A stretch of DNA of 64,000 nt from NCBI GenBank assembly GCA_030265395.1, contig JARFYF010000002.1:51387899-51451898 (forward strand), given 5' to 3'. A program made the position numbers and the translations under genes. The DNA comes from Rhina ancylostomus. Taxonomy: Eukaryota. Below, in pieces: positions 35,878 to 49,710 of the stretch (position 1 is its first letter; each line of letters begins with the position of its first letter). The notes below the pieces were generated by a model. That model worked only from the letters and a program-made list of their open reading frames with translations. It was not told the DNA's origin and did not search any database.

Positions 35878-37769
35878 ATGTTTTAAATGTACACGTTCAT
35901 ACTTCGGATTGGCAGATATTAGCACAGTTCAAAGTTTTTATGGACAGAAGTGACTCATGTTTTAATTTACAATGAAGAGAAATAGGAAATACAAGTTGAA
36001 AACTGCAAACCAGCAAAGAAATACAAGTACGAAAAATCAATGAAGGTCTCGTTATCTGTTGTAGGTTGGATTCTCTGATCAATGTTATTTTAACTGCGCC
36101 GTGTCTCATTTACAATACCACCAACATTAATAAAATGGAAATTGTAAAATCAAAGCTAGAATCTTCAGTTGTTGAAAAGTGTTCCAGTTACTGGCAAGGC
36201 AATTTACATTGGTTCCAATTAATTATTCTACTTCCAGTGTAATTTTTCATGGTAGAGAACTAATAGGGAGCTATTTTTTTGTTCCCTTACCAAAAAAGCA
36301 ACAATATTAGTTAACAATCAGCATTCTGGTTTTAACCACTTTCTTCACATCAGGTTGCATTATCAGATAAATTTAACATATATAAAGGTGCAATGCAAGG
36401 ATCCCCAAAGTCATACACACTCTGTAAAGCATAGACCAAGTCGAATCTGTTCTATCCAGTCAATACCAGAGCAACATCTGGCAGAATCTGGTAGATCCAA
36501 ATGCTGTTAGCAATTTCCCATCAATTAATTATTGAAAAGAATCAATTGAATGAAAAGGTAAAGTTTCCTCAAATTGAGTTTTCAGGTTAATACATTAGAA
36601 GCCAAGCTCTCTTCCTTTTACTTCCATCCCAGTTCTTCAGTTGCAAAAAGTATCTGCAGTAGGAAGCAGCTGCTGTTAATTTGGCATATATAACTATTCT
36701 AATGTGTAATTACATCATCATTACAATTTTTCATAATTTCTACTCATCTAATGCAATTTGTATTGTCTTTATCTTAAACTGCACATTCAAGTTTGTTAAG
36801 CACTATCCTTCATATGGAAATCATTTTAAAGAGCCAGTAATCAGATGACGGAAGGTCGTTTCTTGTTTATTTTGTTCCCTTTTTCTGTTATTGTTAGGAG
36901 ACTTTAATTAGCTGTGGTTCTGCTTTCTTACTATTTTTATTGATAGTGAGTTTCCCAATGGGGTTTTCCTTCTAGCTGTGCAATGTAAAGCAAGATGAGA
37001 ATCCGGGGGAGGCCCAGTGCATCAGACTCCATGTGCAACGCGGGTACCCTCCTGCTCGAGTATGTGCAGAGAGGGGAACATAATGCTATGCCTCAGGAGT
37101 AATTTGTGCAGAAGCTTTGATTCTCATAGGAAACCTTCCTGGAGTCAGAGCACATACTTTGCTACAGCTTTGGTATAGGCAGTGCCTATAAAACTTACAC
37201 TCTTTAGGTTTTGGTCTTTTTTTTCAGTGAGTGTGGAACTAAAATAAAGCATCTCATTTTAGCTTTGCACTCTATTCTTTAGTTCTTAGTCATTAAGAGA
37301 TTAAAATAAAATAGACGAAAGCTAGAAGTGAATGCATATGGATGTGCATGTGTGTGTATTTGCCCAATGAAACTGGTTTTCTTTGAAATTAACTGTACTT
37401 TATTCAGTGGTATGAAACAATATGGCTTGATACAGAAGATGTGAGTACTGAACTTTTGTAGCCAAAGTTCTGACTATTTCGCATGGCTCTCAGTGACCAC
37501 ACAAAGCTTTCATGCTCAGAAAGCATTTAAATAAAAATGTAGGATCAGACCCCAAAGTGGATCACCAAGGCAGTATATGAGGTGAGCCTCCCTATAGCAA
37601 GGTCTTCTGTAGCAAGGTCTTCTCCCTGTGGCACCTCTTGGTCACTCTTTTTCTTCTCAGAGAAAGAAAAGTGGAAATAGTTTTCAAAGACATCCAGTTA
37701 AGCAGACTTCACAACATGGGGTAAAACAGGAATGTAGGTGCTCCAGTCCTTGTGACATGCTTTGCTAAC

Positions 37770-38425
37770 AGTTCATGGAGGGGAAAGTTGGTCTTTTTTG
37801 GGGTGGGAGGCTATAATTAGTGGGGTAACAGAGGGATCTGTGTTTGGGCTTGAGATATTCAAAAGATATAGCAATAATTTGTATAAACGAACCAAGTGAA
37901 CTTTGCCAATGACACTAAACTGGGTGGGATTGTGAATTCTGAGGAGGATGCCAAAATGCTTCTAGGCAAGTTAGACAGATTGAGCAAGTGGGCAAAACTA
38001 TGGCAGATGCAGTATAAAATGTGAAGTTATTATCCACTTCGGGTGGAAAAAAAAGAAAGGTGGCTCATTATTCAAATGATATTCAATTGGGAGGTGTTGA
38101 TATGCAGAGCAACTTGACTATTCTTGTACACTAATCACTGAAAGCAAAACACAGGTCCAGCAAGCAGTTAAGGAGGCAAATGGTATGTTAGCCTTCATAG
38201 CACAAGGATTTGGATACAGGAGTAAGGATTCCTTGCTACAATCATACAGAGCCTTGGTTGAGATATTACATGCAGTACTGTTTGCAGTTTTGGTCTCCTT
38301 AACTAAGAAAGAACATACTTGTAGCAGAGGGATTACAGCGAAGGTTCACTATAATGACTGTAATGAATATTGCGGTAGGGCCAAAGGGCCAAATGTCTTA
38401 TTCCTGCTCCCATTGTTTACATTTT
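37770..38425 (+). mobile_element. CR1 ORF2 RT fragment and 3' end
   Basis: 'tttgccaatgacactaaactgggtggg' (FADDTKLGG-like), 'MLAFIAQGFGYRSKD.LLQSYRALV', tail 'gggccaaagggccaaatgtcttattcctgctcc'. Confidence 0.85.
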
Positions 38426-39547
38426 TGTACAACGGGTGAGAAAAATGATACTCGTAGGTTCTTCTTGAATCTCACCCATCCTTCCCCAAGAGTTTTATCT
38501 CCCCTTCCTCATATACTTTTTGTTGGCTCCTTCAGAAATAATGATGTTCCAATTGCAATTATAACCGTTAGTTAAGCTAGACAGTTATTGTAGAAGCTCC
38601 AGTGGATGTGAAGATTGTTGCATGTGGCATTACATACAAGGCTTCCTGTGTAGTGCTAAATGCATACAAGTGAAAGCTGTGGTAGCTATAAAGAGTGCTC
38701 CACTGCTCATACTGTACATTCATAAATCAGCTTTTAAAGAGCTCAGAGAATAAGAAAGGAAGGTAATTATAAGTGGTAAGTCATGCTGTATCATCTGTTG
38801 GAGTTAGCAGAGAGCATACCAGGAAGAGAGAATTTTACACTAATCCACATCTGGTAAATTGTCACTACAACTAGAGTACGAGGCTATTGTGTTTGTCTAG
38901 AAATGAAACCACGCCACTTAAAATCATGACAGTTTCTCAAAGGATTGTTTAGTAAGTTATTGCCAGAAAGGACATCGAGCATTGAGGTGATTCTGGACAA
39001 AACTCTTTTAAAACTTCTCCATTGAATTATAGGAAACTATATTTAGTTTAGTTACATCATTTAATACAAACGGTCGCATCATTTGTTTGCTTTGCCTACC
39101 CCTTGACATCTGTGTATTTCTTTGTGGCATTTGTCAATTTAGCTTGTGATTCCACCAGAGGTGGATGGTAAAGACATGCTCACATGCAAATTTGCAGGTT
39201 TGCAATGGAGGTTAATGGATGGAACTGTATAACTGGTTTTGGCTTTGCTTCAGGCAGCCAGTGAGAACAAAGCTTTCAGCTGTCTGAACTTTAGAGCTGG
39301 ATAGCTCTTATTGGTGCTTCACAAGATCTGAGATGGTACCTCCAAGCAGGTTAATGACCAGAGAGCATTTTGGTTTCTTAAGAAGGTTTAATCAACTATG
39401 CAGCATTTTACATGGCAAAAGGTAGCTGTCTGGTTGATTGTGATGTCGCCTTCCTGTTCATCATTTTATCAGCACAGACTCCAATATGAATGAAATAATA
39501 CCTGGAGTTAAACATATTTTAACAAGCACATCAAAAAAAAACCAATT

Positions 39548-39660
39548 TCTGACCCAAAAAGTCAACAATTCCGTCCCTTCCCATGGATACTGCTCAACCT
39601 GTTGAGTTCCTCCAATGGATTGTTTGCTGCTCCATATTCCTGCATCTGCAGTCTCTTATG
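39548..39660 (+). mobile_element. Penelope pLTR fragment
   Basis: 'gacccaaaaagtcaacaattcc...tgctcaacctgttgagttcctccaatggattgtttgctgctccatattcctgcatctgcagtctct'. Confidence 0.65.
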
Positions 39661-40099
39661 ATATTTTGGTTTATCATTTCAAGGAGATCAGTCCCAAAGT
39701 CAAAGTTGGAAATCGTCCTAGGACAGCAATTTTGTTGTTTTCTCACACAACCTGTGACAATGTATTTGTAAATATATGAAATTGCTTCTTGCCCATCTTC
39801 AAAAGTAACTGCATACTTCTTTACTTCCAAAATGTATGGTTTACTTTTCTAACAAGACACACAAACTCCATCCCCCTGCCCTCTCCGCCCCCACTACCCC
39901 CTCACAGCATCTCCAAACACTCATCATTATCCTTCCCTTCTTTCTCCAAACTCAACTATATACTTCATCCTTCATTCCCAGATGTATATCCTTAAAAGAA
40001 GTTCCAAAGAGGCTCAACAACTGGTTATCCTTAGAAAACAATTAGAGGTGGGTGCTGTTAAAAAATGTCTTTTGATCGATTCTATATGTCTTCACTTTA

Positions 40100-40300
40100 G
40101 CTTAAAATCAGGTGAAATTAGACAATGGAAATCTCTTTTGCAAAAAGCAATTGATGCTATGTCATTTTAACTTTGACAGATTTTTATTAGCTCGAAATAT
40201 TAACAAGCATAATGAGTCAGTTCACAGATCAGAATGATCTTGTTAAATGGTGGGACAGGCTTGAGAGGCTAAATATTCTCCTCCTGTTCCTATGTTCTGC
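40100..40300 (+). mobile_element. CR1 3' end
   Basis: 'cagatcagaatgatcttgttaaatggtgggacaggcttgagaggctaaatattctcctcctgttcctatgttc'. Confidence 0.65.
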
Positions 40301-40599
40301 AGTTCCAATATCAGCTCATCAGATTTTAGACACTGTGTAAAACTAACACCATTTGAAGAGACACCCACCAGTAATATAGTTACTTTGTTTCTCATTGTTT
40401 TTATGTGGAAACTAAGGAGTTGTAGGTATTGAGAAACTAGAATTATGTGACTTCTTTCCCATAGAGGATGCAATGCAACACAGTGAGCATTAGAGAAAAT
40501 GGACAGTTGCACCAAAGAAAGGTTTACCATCTTTGCAAGCATTTGACAATTCAGAATTACGCTGAGCCAAGCAAATGCAAAAAGGTCACAAAATAGGTC

Positions 40600-40832
40600 A
40601 CAAAGGTCACTCTTGACCTCACAATCTACCTTGTTTGACCTTACACCTTATTGTCTACCTGCAAAGCACTTCCCTGTAGCTGTGACACTTTACTCTGTAT
40701 TCTTTTATTGTTTTCACCCTGTACTACCTCAGTGCACTGTGTAATGAATTGATCTGTGCGAATGATATGCAAGACAAGTTTTTCACTGTACCTCAGTACA
40801 AGTGACAATAATAAACCAATACCAATACCAAA
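40600..40832 (+). mobile_element. Rex/Babar-type LINE 3'UTR fragment with (CAATAC)n tail
   Basis: 'actcttgacctcacaatctacc...ttttcactgtacctcagtacaagtgacaataataaaccaataccaatacc'; four related copies in the window. Confidence 0.75.
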
Positions 40833-42789
40833 TAATAATGGCATGAGTTGATGTGTGGATTTCCCTTGGTAGGACTGGTTGAGGAATTTAGAATCCACAG
40901 CAAACCTTCTGGTCATTTTCAGGTGTATCCACTGGAAAAGGCAGATTCAACTTATTGGGTCCGAAATCCCAGTGCTCTGATCCAGATTGGAATATCTGCA
41001 CACCTGAACAGGGATTTTCCAAATGAATATCTATTGGCACTAGATTTACTGAGAATTCTGGTTTCACAGAGCAGCTAAAGATCGGTCTAAAAAATTGTTG
41101 CTACTTTCACATTGACAATTGATTTTTGATGGGGAAAACAAGATTTGAAGAATATATAATTAAAACTGTTCTGGTAGGTAGCATCGAATCTCCTCCTGTC
41201 CCTGGTGTCATCATTGAGATCATGAATAAAGAAAAATTGCATCCCCTTCCAAGTCTAATGGAAGTGTGCAGCTTACAAAGAAAGCAACTGAATTCTTATT
41301 CTAAATTCTGCCTTCTAACCAAGAAGGTCAAGACCAACTTCTTGATCCAGAGTCATTAATTCTTACTAAGCAGTGCATCTAGTATATTAAACTGATCAAT
41401 TAGCCCAGATTAAGTGCTAAACTGCTAGAGTGAAACACAAACCCCTGCTCTACTAATTTAAGGGGAAGAATGAGACGGGATAATATGTTTGTAATATTTG
41501 AGGACTTGACTGGGATACTGTTCCATAAAGGAAATACACCATATACAAAGCTTAGGTTTATTCCTTTAACACTTAATTATATTTACAATTATGTCACATT
41601 TTATTCATTTTGCTTCTGTCCCTAAATGCCCTTTAGAAGATGCTTGCAAGTCACTTTCTTGAACTGCTGCAGTCTTCCAGCTGAAAATGCTTCCATTTGT
41701 TAGAAAGGGACTCCTGAAATTTAGTATGCTTTCCAACAGAATATGCTGACCAGGCAGTATCTGTGAAGAGTGAAAGAGAGCTAATATTGTGCAGTATNNN
41801 NNNNNNNTATATTTGGTTTGTCATGCTTTATCACTTTGTTGAAATATTAGGGAACAAGTAACCAAAATCCATAGGTGATTGAGTGGAGTCAATAGAACAT
41901 TGAACTATCTGCCAAGCTCTTGCATTTGGCACAAGACTCATCACCATTTTGCCATTTTTCATTGTTTTTTTTGTACTCTTTGTCTTCCCCTCCTTCCTAT
42001 CCCTTAAATAGTATTCCTGTTTGTTGTTCTATGCCCTGAACCTGAGTTGAAAAGTGAAAGCACAGGAAGACTTCATACCAATAAACAATAACCTAATAAA
42101 ACCATGATGGAATGTGGAGCTGGTTTCAGGAAATAACTGCATTTTTCCTGTTTCCTAAATGCTTGCATGGTTTAAATGGAAAACCTTCCATACCATTGCG
42201 AGTATTGGAATGGCATGAAATGCAAATTTTTATTGCTTTGTTCTTTTGAAGAAAAAGCAATACTCAATTACTAGATGTTATTGTGGAAGTCTTATCAGCT
42301 GGATAAGGATGAACTGCATATGCTGATTAATTGCTGCATAATGAGCACAGGCTTATGAGAATATTTGCTGTGATCTGCTTCTACAAGATTTTTAAACAAT
42401 TCCCTGTCCTATATAGCTCTTTAAAATTTAGATTCTGGGAGAAGAGTTTGTGAGTCACCAAAATTGCTAATTCGATTGTGAAGAGATACTCAATTTCTTA
42501 TAGACCAGAATTAAATCTGAAGCAGAGGATCATGTGTGCACTTCCATTCCCATTACCATGGATTGATTTGGTATTTATGGATTTGTCTTCACTTCATGAT
42601 GGCATTGGGACCATGGTGTGGATGTCTTGCACACCAGACCCAGCCATTTTTGACCAAGCTATTCCAGTACCACTTCCACCTTGTTGTTTAGATATCAGAG
42701 TTTAAAATTGCCCAACTGTGTCTCATCCTTTAATAACTGGACAAATCCAATGGCCCATTTATCACATCAATCTACATTCAATAGATTGC

Positions 42790-43090
42790 GAGTGGTCACC
42801 TTATCTACACATTTTATACAGCTCTGTAAGGTCACCCCTCAACCAAGGGAAAAATAGTCCCTGTCTATCTAATCTCTCCTTACAACTCAAGCCTTCCAAG
42901 ATCCACGATCTATACCCTTTCCAGTTTAATGACACTTCTTCAAGATAGGTGACTAGAACTGAACACAATACTCAAACTGTGGTCTCACCAATGACTTGTA
43001 CAGTTGCAACATGAATGTCCCAACCTCTGTACTTGATGCTCTGACCAAAGACAAGCATGCCAGACACCTTCTTCACCACTGTGTGAACCT
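42790..43090 (-). mobile_element. CR1 ORF2 fragment
   Basis: 'ggtgactagaactgaacacaatactcaaactgtggtctcacc', the reverse of the RPQLEYCVQFW-type motif. Confidence 0.7.
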
Positions 43091-43344
43091 GGATTATGTC
43101 ATTAACAGCGTTCAATTGTGGAATCAGTTATCTTCGTCATTGTTTAAAGCATTACATCGTTTTAAATGAATAAAGTTCAGCTGGTTGCAGTAAGTGTCAT
43201 CAAGCAACACTTTTTTGACCAATAACCAGCACATTGATGTTCAATTTGCATTTCCCCAGATGACTTTATGGTCTCTGCCTGAACATGTAAAAAAAGCTCA
43301 ATTCCAGAGGCAAGACAAAAGTGACTATTCAACATCTGACCAAT

Positions 43345-43620
43345 TTCTTTTGCAATCATTTTTCAGAATATGGTCAGTGCCACTACAGCTGGCATGTATT
43401 ACCCATCCCTGGTTGTCCCTGAGAAAGGAGTGGTGAGCAGCCTTTTTAAACAGTGGGAGTCCTTCTGGTAAAGATACTTTCACAGTGCAATTGGATAGGG
43501 AGTTTCAGGATTAAGAGCCAGAGACAATGAAGAAACAATGATACATTTCCATGTCAGGAAGAAGAAACCTGGAAGAGTAACTGCAATGCACACTGCAGCC
43601 ACGGTTGAGGAAATGATTAT
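43345..43620 (-). mobile_element. CR1-like LINE 3' end (LF-SINE-like tail)
   Basis: 'gctggcatgtattacccatccctggttgtccctgagaaaggagtggtgagcagcc...gggagtttcaggatt'. Confidence 0.65.
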
Positions 43621-43829
43621 TTAGGATGGATGTATGCCAATAAAGCAAGCCATTTTATCCCCAAACCTGTTGAGCTTCCTCATTGTGTATTCAGTCAAAA
43701 ACCTGGCTTGTGCTTGTAGAAGGTGGAAATGCATTTGGGTGTTAACAGGAGAAACCACTCCAAGCAGGAAACCCAGCCAGTTGTGGTTTTCTTTAAAGAC
43801 GTCAATCATCTCATTTCCAGGATACCACA

Positions 43830-44490
43830 AGGTAGTGTCCTAGACCTAAATAAATTTAGCTGCCTCATCCAAGATCTACCCTGCAAAGTTCAATCATTGT
43901 TGTGCAGTAACGTATTTCATTTGTGTCTCCTCAGACAGTGAAGTAGCCAATTACTGAGAGAAACAAGAAGTGGACAAACATTCAGGAATGAGCTGGGAAG
44001 CCATGCGATGTATCAGGCAATAATGATCTTCAAGAAGAGTGAATCTCAGGGGCATACAGAGGAGCAGGGTGAAAGTAGATACATGGACCTCTCCCACCCC
44101 AAGTAATCTTTTGTTAATGTTACATCCACATGTATAATGTTTAATATGCCCTCCAAAAGCAATTAAATTTAAATTCATGCATAAACATTTGGGAAGTCTT
44201 TCTACCTTCTCTGGACAACCCCATGATTCTACGACAGAGAAGATCAAAGTTAGGAGACACATGGAAATATCTCCATCTACAAGTCACACACCATCCTGAG
44301 TTTGAAAAGGCATCACTGTTCATTGTTGTTGGGTCTAAATATTGGAACTCCCCTCCAAACAGCACAATAGCAATGCCTTCACAATATGGATTGTTGCAAT
44401 TAAAAGCAGCAGTTCACCACCTTCTGAAGGACTTTTAGAGATAGGTTATAATTGCTGGCCTTGCCAGCAAAACCCAAATTCTGCAAGCGA
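43830..44490 (+). mobile_element. CR1-like LINE fragments (RT piece plus LF-SINE-like tail)
   Basis: 'PQGSVLDLNKFSCLIQDLP'; tail 'gttcaccaccttctgaagg...gataggttataattgctggccttgccagc'. Confidence 0.65.
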
Positions 44491-46569
44491 ATGAAGTATT
44501 TAAATAATTCATATAAATAATTATAACACATAAATCAGTATTATATTATATGAAAAATATTGTTAATGCTGATATGAACAAAAAAATTGTTCATATTGTT
44601 CAAAATATTCATCATTTCTCCAGACCGAGATAAATTGCATACAAAGTCTCAATTATCTGGCATCTAGGAAATGCAAAAGCATTTCTCTCAAGAGAATAAA
44701 GATGCTTTCTCTTTTGATTTATTTATGACCCTTAATTACTGATGATTGCAAATGGAATCAGGAATAAAAGCCACACACAGCTCCTTCTGAATCCAAAGTA
44801 ACACTACACTATTTTCCTCAACTGCTTGAAAGATGGGCAATGAAACAAAATAACCAGGTTCACTAAATCCAGCAACCTATCCACTACCAATACTGACTGA
44901 GCTGCATCAGCTTCCTATGTCAAGGTATGGTGCCTTGTTCTCAAAAGAGGCATAATTTATCTTAGTGATCTCTTTTTAAATTGGATGCTTCTCATCACAC
45001 AATCGTCTATTGCTTTAATGGATGTACCTCTTGTTAGAATGTCAATTATTTTAAATTTACTCTGCAGAAAGATTTGAAATGTTCTGCTAATATTTTGATA
45101 AAGAAAAACTATAATGAAACGAAGATATGCCAGGTATGTAAAGCACATTGATCTTTGCAAAATTATGCCCACCCACTTCCATATATATTTATTTAGGGAT
45201 AATACAATTATAACACAAAACATACGATAATTTGAAGGATCTCTAAATACTGCTGCAAATTCACAAATTATTTATGAAATATTCTGTGCCTGTCACACTA
45301 TTGTATTCTGATTTTGTAATCTTATCAGAAAGAATCATCTTTCAACCATTAGCTACTATTGAAAATTTGATCATCCTGAAGGAACAAGTCAACCACAGTC
45401 TCATATCTCAGTGCTGATTATGTAGCTTCAATATTGATGTTTGGGGACAAGGGGAACTTGAGGTATTATTAACCATCTTCTATGTGTAATTTCCTCTTCA
45501 GGTCTTTGGAATTTTAAATCCACTTCCAATTTTCTGCTTATGAGAACATGAGTCAAAGTTCTGAAGGCACCATTAATAGCAACACTTCTAACTAGCAACT
45601 TTAAATGAGATTTACATTTTTTATGATCATACCTTTAAATGATTCAAATAACTGCAGCTGGGTTGTTGGATCACCAGACCAACAAGAAATTTGACAAGTC
45701 TTAAACAATGTAGTTGGATGTGTACATGACATCTATGAGCAAAATATATTTGTATTTATTGGAAATGAATGAATATTGGCACTCTCAAAGATGCGATACT
45801 ATTTCAATATCCTCATAGCATTTTCCTGTCAGATCAAATAAAAAGTGTGCTTTCCAAGAACAAACTAGGCTTTCAATAAAGAACTAGGAACAATTGAATA
45901 AAAGTGTGAACAAAGATTGTTAAAATGATAAAATAATTAATTTCATGCATGGCTAACAAATCAGCAGCAAAACACTGCATCCTTGCAAAAATAAAATCAT
46001 TGCCAAGTCCATAAATACTGTAAAGATATGAAGACAACTGGCAGACTTCGGCACTTTTAACAATTCTTTATGTGGAAAGTGAACTTACTGCTCATGTGAT
46101 TTATATTGTTGACAGCTCAGACATGGGTCATTTAATTGAGCAATCAGCATCCATCATTGGTCCATGCTCCTGGTTTTGCAATCTGAGCAACATATAGCTC
46201 TCCAGAGAGCAAATTAACAAACCCCAGAGTGCAGATTGAAGTGAGACATTAACCAAAAGCCAGCCTGTGGTGCTGTAATTCAGTTCTGTGTATTAGAAAT
46301 ATAGAGCTAATTTCCCAGCACAAAGTAGTCAAAGCTCCCTTCTAGGTAATTAATACAGAGATGTCGCTGCATCGTCACATAGTTAAACCGTAGCTTGAGG
46401 ATATGAAATTATTGCTTGACAAAATTGTGATGCATTCTGTCCCTTCCATTTTAGAATAATGACATATTCCTTTCACAAAACTGATTTCTTCTAAAGAACT
46501 TTATGCTGGTTGATCCTCAGGTGGTGCCGCTGCTCCAAATGAAGATGAATCACATATTCTTATTGCAAA

Positions 46570-46910
46570 TGAGCAAAAAAACCTCAAGGGGGAGAATTAT
46601 GAAAAACAGTTTAGAAACTCAGCATTATTTCCATTGAAATAAAGATTGAAAGTGGACATAATTGCTGGTTCTTGGACTCAAAAAAGAAACCAGATAATTT
46701 AGATAATGGCAAACTATTTGATCTTGTTCAGAACAGGAGTACCCGAGAAGATAGATTGCACCTGAATGAAGGCAAATTGAAAATAAACCTACAGCAACAC
46801 TATTTCAATGAAGGAGAAGTTAATCAAAAGAACAGACTCCCTTAAATAATAAATAATAAAAGAAGCAGGTAACATTGATTTATTCAAATGGACTTTAAGT
46901 AAATTTCATT
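46570..46910 (+). mobile_element. Decayed CR1 ORF2 end
   Basis: 'aattatgaaaaacagtttagaaactcagcattatttccattgaaataaagattgaaagtggacat', a YEERL..L.L.SLE.RRL.GD-like stretch. Confidence 0.5.
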
Positions 46911-46969
46911 CAGTAAAGGATTCTTTTGGAGAATAATATACAAGTAATTTGTTGTATACTTGTCTGCAG

Positions 46970-47130
46970 AGACATGCTTCTGAGACTTCTGCATGGAGCA
47001 GAAACATTGCCCCTAGAGAAATCTCAAGAAAGAAGGCTGAACATGACAAGGAGAATTTATTGTCCAACATGTGATGTGACAAAGATGGACAAAGTGAACA
47101 ATACTTCTATCAGGGAGCAGTAAAGATTGT
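46970..47130 (+). mobile_element. RTE-clade LINE C-terminal fragment
   Basis: 'LLHGAETLPLEKSQERRLNMT...CDVTKMDKVNNTSIREQ' resembles the RTE motif LLYGAETW...ERRL....GVT+.D++.N..IR. Confidence 0.65.
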
Positions 47131-47141
47131 ACCATTCAGTG

Positions 47142-47540
47142 CCATCCCTGCCTCAGCTCATCTGCTACTGAAATCCTCAGTTATGCCTTTATTATCTATA
47201 TTTTGAACTATTCCATGCTTCTCAATGGTGCTTCCATGTTCTATCTTCAGCTCATCTGAAACTTCACCACATGCATTCTTTCTAATTTAAACCCAAGTTT
47301 CATTTCCCCAAATCCTCTCACCATTTACATCTCAATTTTAAAATGCTCAGCCGTGTATCCAAATCCCTCTATGACCTCACTGCTCTTTATCTGCCATTTG
47401 TATGTCCATCCTTCCAAAATCTCAGAGTTGTTCCAATTATAGCCTCTCATGCGTGCAACTTTCATGCACCAACCTCTGGAACTCCCTCCATGATAATTTC
47501 TCTACTTTCTTTCTTTCAAGATGCTCCTTAAAAATCGCCT
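47142..47540 (+). mobile_element. L2 LINE ORF2 C-terminal fragment
   Basis: 'ccctgcctcagctcatctgctactgaaatcctc...tgaactattcca...cttcagctcatc...ctctggaactccctcc'. Confidence 0.65.
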
Positions 47541-48989
47541 TGTTTTTTTTTGTCTGGATATCTTCTTACATCCATGTTCTAATATCATATTTGTTTGGCA
47601 AAGATAGGAAGCCAACACTGGCACTAATATCAACAACAATATTAAATGTTACTGGTACTAAAGGAGATATAGAAGATAAAGTTGTAACAATAACTTTATG
47701 AGTAGAGCTAATACAAGAGTAATAATTTATTTATTTTTTTATATAGTAATAATTGACATTTATGTTACCTCAATATATCTCCAGGTCAGGATTGTCTGTG
47801 CTTCAGATGACTAAGGTAGTGGCAAGTGCCTTGCACCTGCTGTTGTTGTCTCTCTACACAGGAGATGTTGAAAGTTTGGGAGATGCCAAAGAATCTGAAG
47901 CCAATTGACAAGTTTATTTCGTAGATGGTCATACTCCAGCCGTTGTGTACTACTGAGCTTCTTAAATATTGCTGGACTTGCTTTCAACCAGACAAGTGGA
48001 GATTATTCCATCATGCTCACAACATGTGCCTTGGAGATGGCAGAAAGGCCTTCAGAAATCAAGAGGCGTGTCCTGTGGGATTTAGAAGTAATAGCCTGAT
48101 ACAATCATACCTTTCCACCAAGTCTGGCTCCAGCCAAGAGCCTTTCCCCATTTGATTCCTACTGACCTCAGTTTTACCAATCCAATCTGTGTACAATCCT
48201 TAATTTGGCATGAAGCTCAAAGTACTAACTTCAGTGTAAAATCTGCTGAAAACATTACACTTTGTTCCCTAATTTATAACTGATTTTAAATAGTTTACTA
48301 ATCCATTAATATTACTGGACTGCATCACTCCCCTCAAAAAACACTTCATTAATGTAGTTTAATTCTCTCAGAATTATTTCAGACTTCCATGGGACTTTTT
48401 AAAATATAAACTTCAAAAATTCCTGAAGATGTCACATATTTCAATTTCTGTAAAATGTTTTAAAAGTTTTAACAAATTAGTATTGTTTACTGTCCGTCAG
48501 AATTTTGCTACATGAAGGGCTGGTCTGTCCAGTATTATGTGGCCAGATCCTTAGAACAAGGCTCCTGACAGAAACCGAAGGAAAGTCATACCATGAGGCT
48601 CATTTCACCTTAACGATCTGGTTTCTTCTTGGTCTATGGCAAATACTGTCTCTTCACCATTGATATAAAAAAAATTAAGTGAATCTTCATCGCTTGTGAT
48701 AATTACTATAATATTATCTCCATAGAAATATAGTCAGGTCTCCTTGTTTTCTGAAAGATAACCTACTAAAAATATACGCAGTTGGCACCATTACACGTCG
48801 AAATTCGGTGATCGTGTGCTGTCAAAACAATGCAAGCAGGAGATAAGAGACTGTGAATGCTGGAATCTATAATGCAAGGACATTGGTATAAAATGTGAAA
48901 ATGAACACCTTCCCATCCTGTAATTTAATATACAAATAGCAGAATATCAATAGCAAGGAAGAATGTACAGAAATGACCACTAGGCAAAG

Positions 48990-49271
48990 GTCTGGGACCC
49001 TGAATGCTGGTGAGGGAGGAAGTGTAGGGAGAGGTGTAGTATTTGGTTGTGGTTGCAGGCACAAGTGCCAGGGGCAGGGGTTATCAATGTGGAGGGATGA
49101 GTGGACAAGGGAGTTGTGGAGAGAGCAGTCCCTGTGGAAAGCAGAGGGGGTGGGAGAGGATGTGCCTGGTAGTAGGATCCCGTTGGATGTAGCAGAAGTT
49201 GTGGAGAATGATGTGTTGGATACAGATGCTCATGGGGTGGTAGGTGAGGACATGGGAAACCCTGTCATGTT
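48990..49271 (-). mobile_element. Penelope-like element ORF fragment
   Basis: The reverse complement 'gggatcctactaccaggcacatc...gctctctccacaactcccttgtccac' is homologous to 50761-51025. Confidence 0.75.
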
Positions 49272-49371
49272 NNNNNNNNNNNNNNNNNNNNNNNNNNNNN
49301 NNNNNNNNNNNNNNNNNNNNNNNNNNNNNNNNNNNNNNNNNNNNNNNNNNNNNNNNNNNNNNNNNNNNNNN

Positions 49372-49710
49372 TCTAGTGCACTACTGAGGGTGGGGTGCAC
49401 TGTGTGCAATGACAGTTTTTGGATGGGTCATTAAAATGAGGTCCCATATATACTTTGGTGGGCATTAAAAAAAATCCCATGGCAACTTTTTACAAAAAAA
49501 ATCAGTTCTTTCCAGTGTCCTGTTGAGTATTTATACCCAAGCTGATATCATTAAAAAAGATTATCTTCTCATTATCATATTGAGAGATCTTGCTGTACAT
49601 AAATCGACTTCCATGTTTCCCTCAACATGATAATGGCAGCATTTGACAAAGTACTTTATTGACTGAAAAAAACTCTCTGGAATATTATGCGGCTGTGAAA
49701 AGTGAAAGCT
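49372..49710 (+). mobile_element. SacSINE/DeuSINE-like SINE
   Basis: 'tagtgcactactgaggg...tgcactgt...ttttggatggg..attaaaatgaggtccc...aaaatcccatggca' plus an L2-like tail; same family as 4370-4950. Confidence 0.65.
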
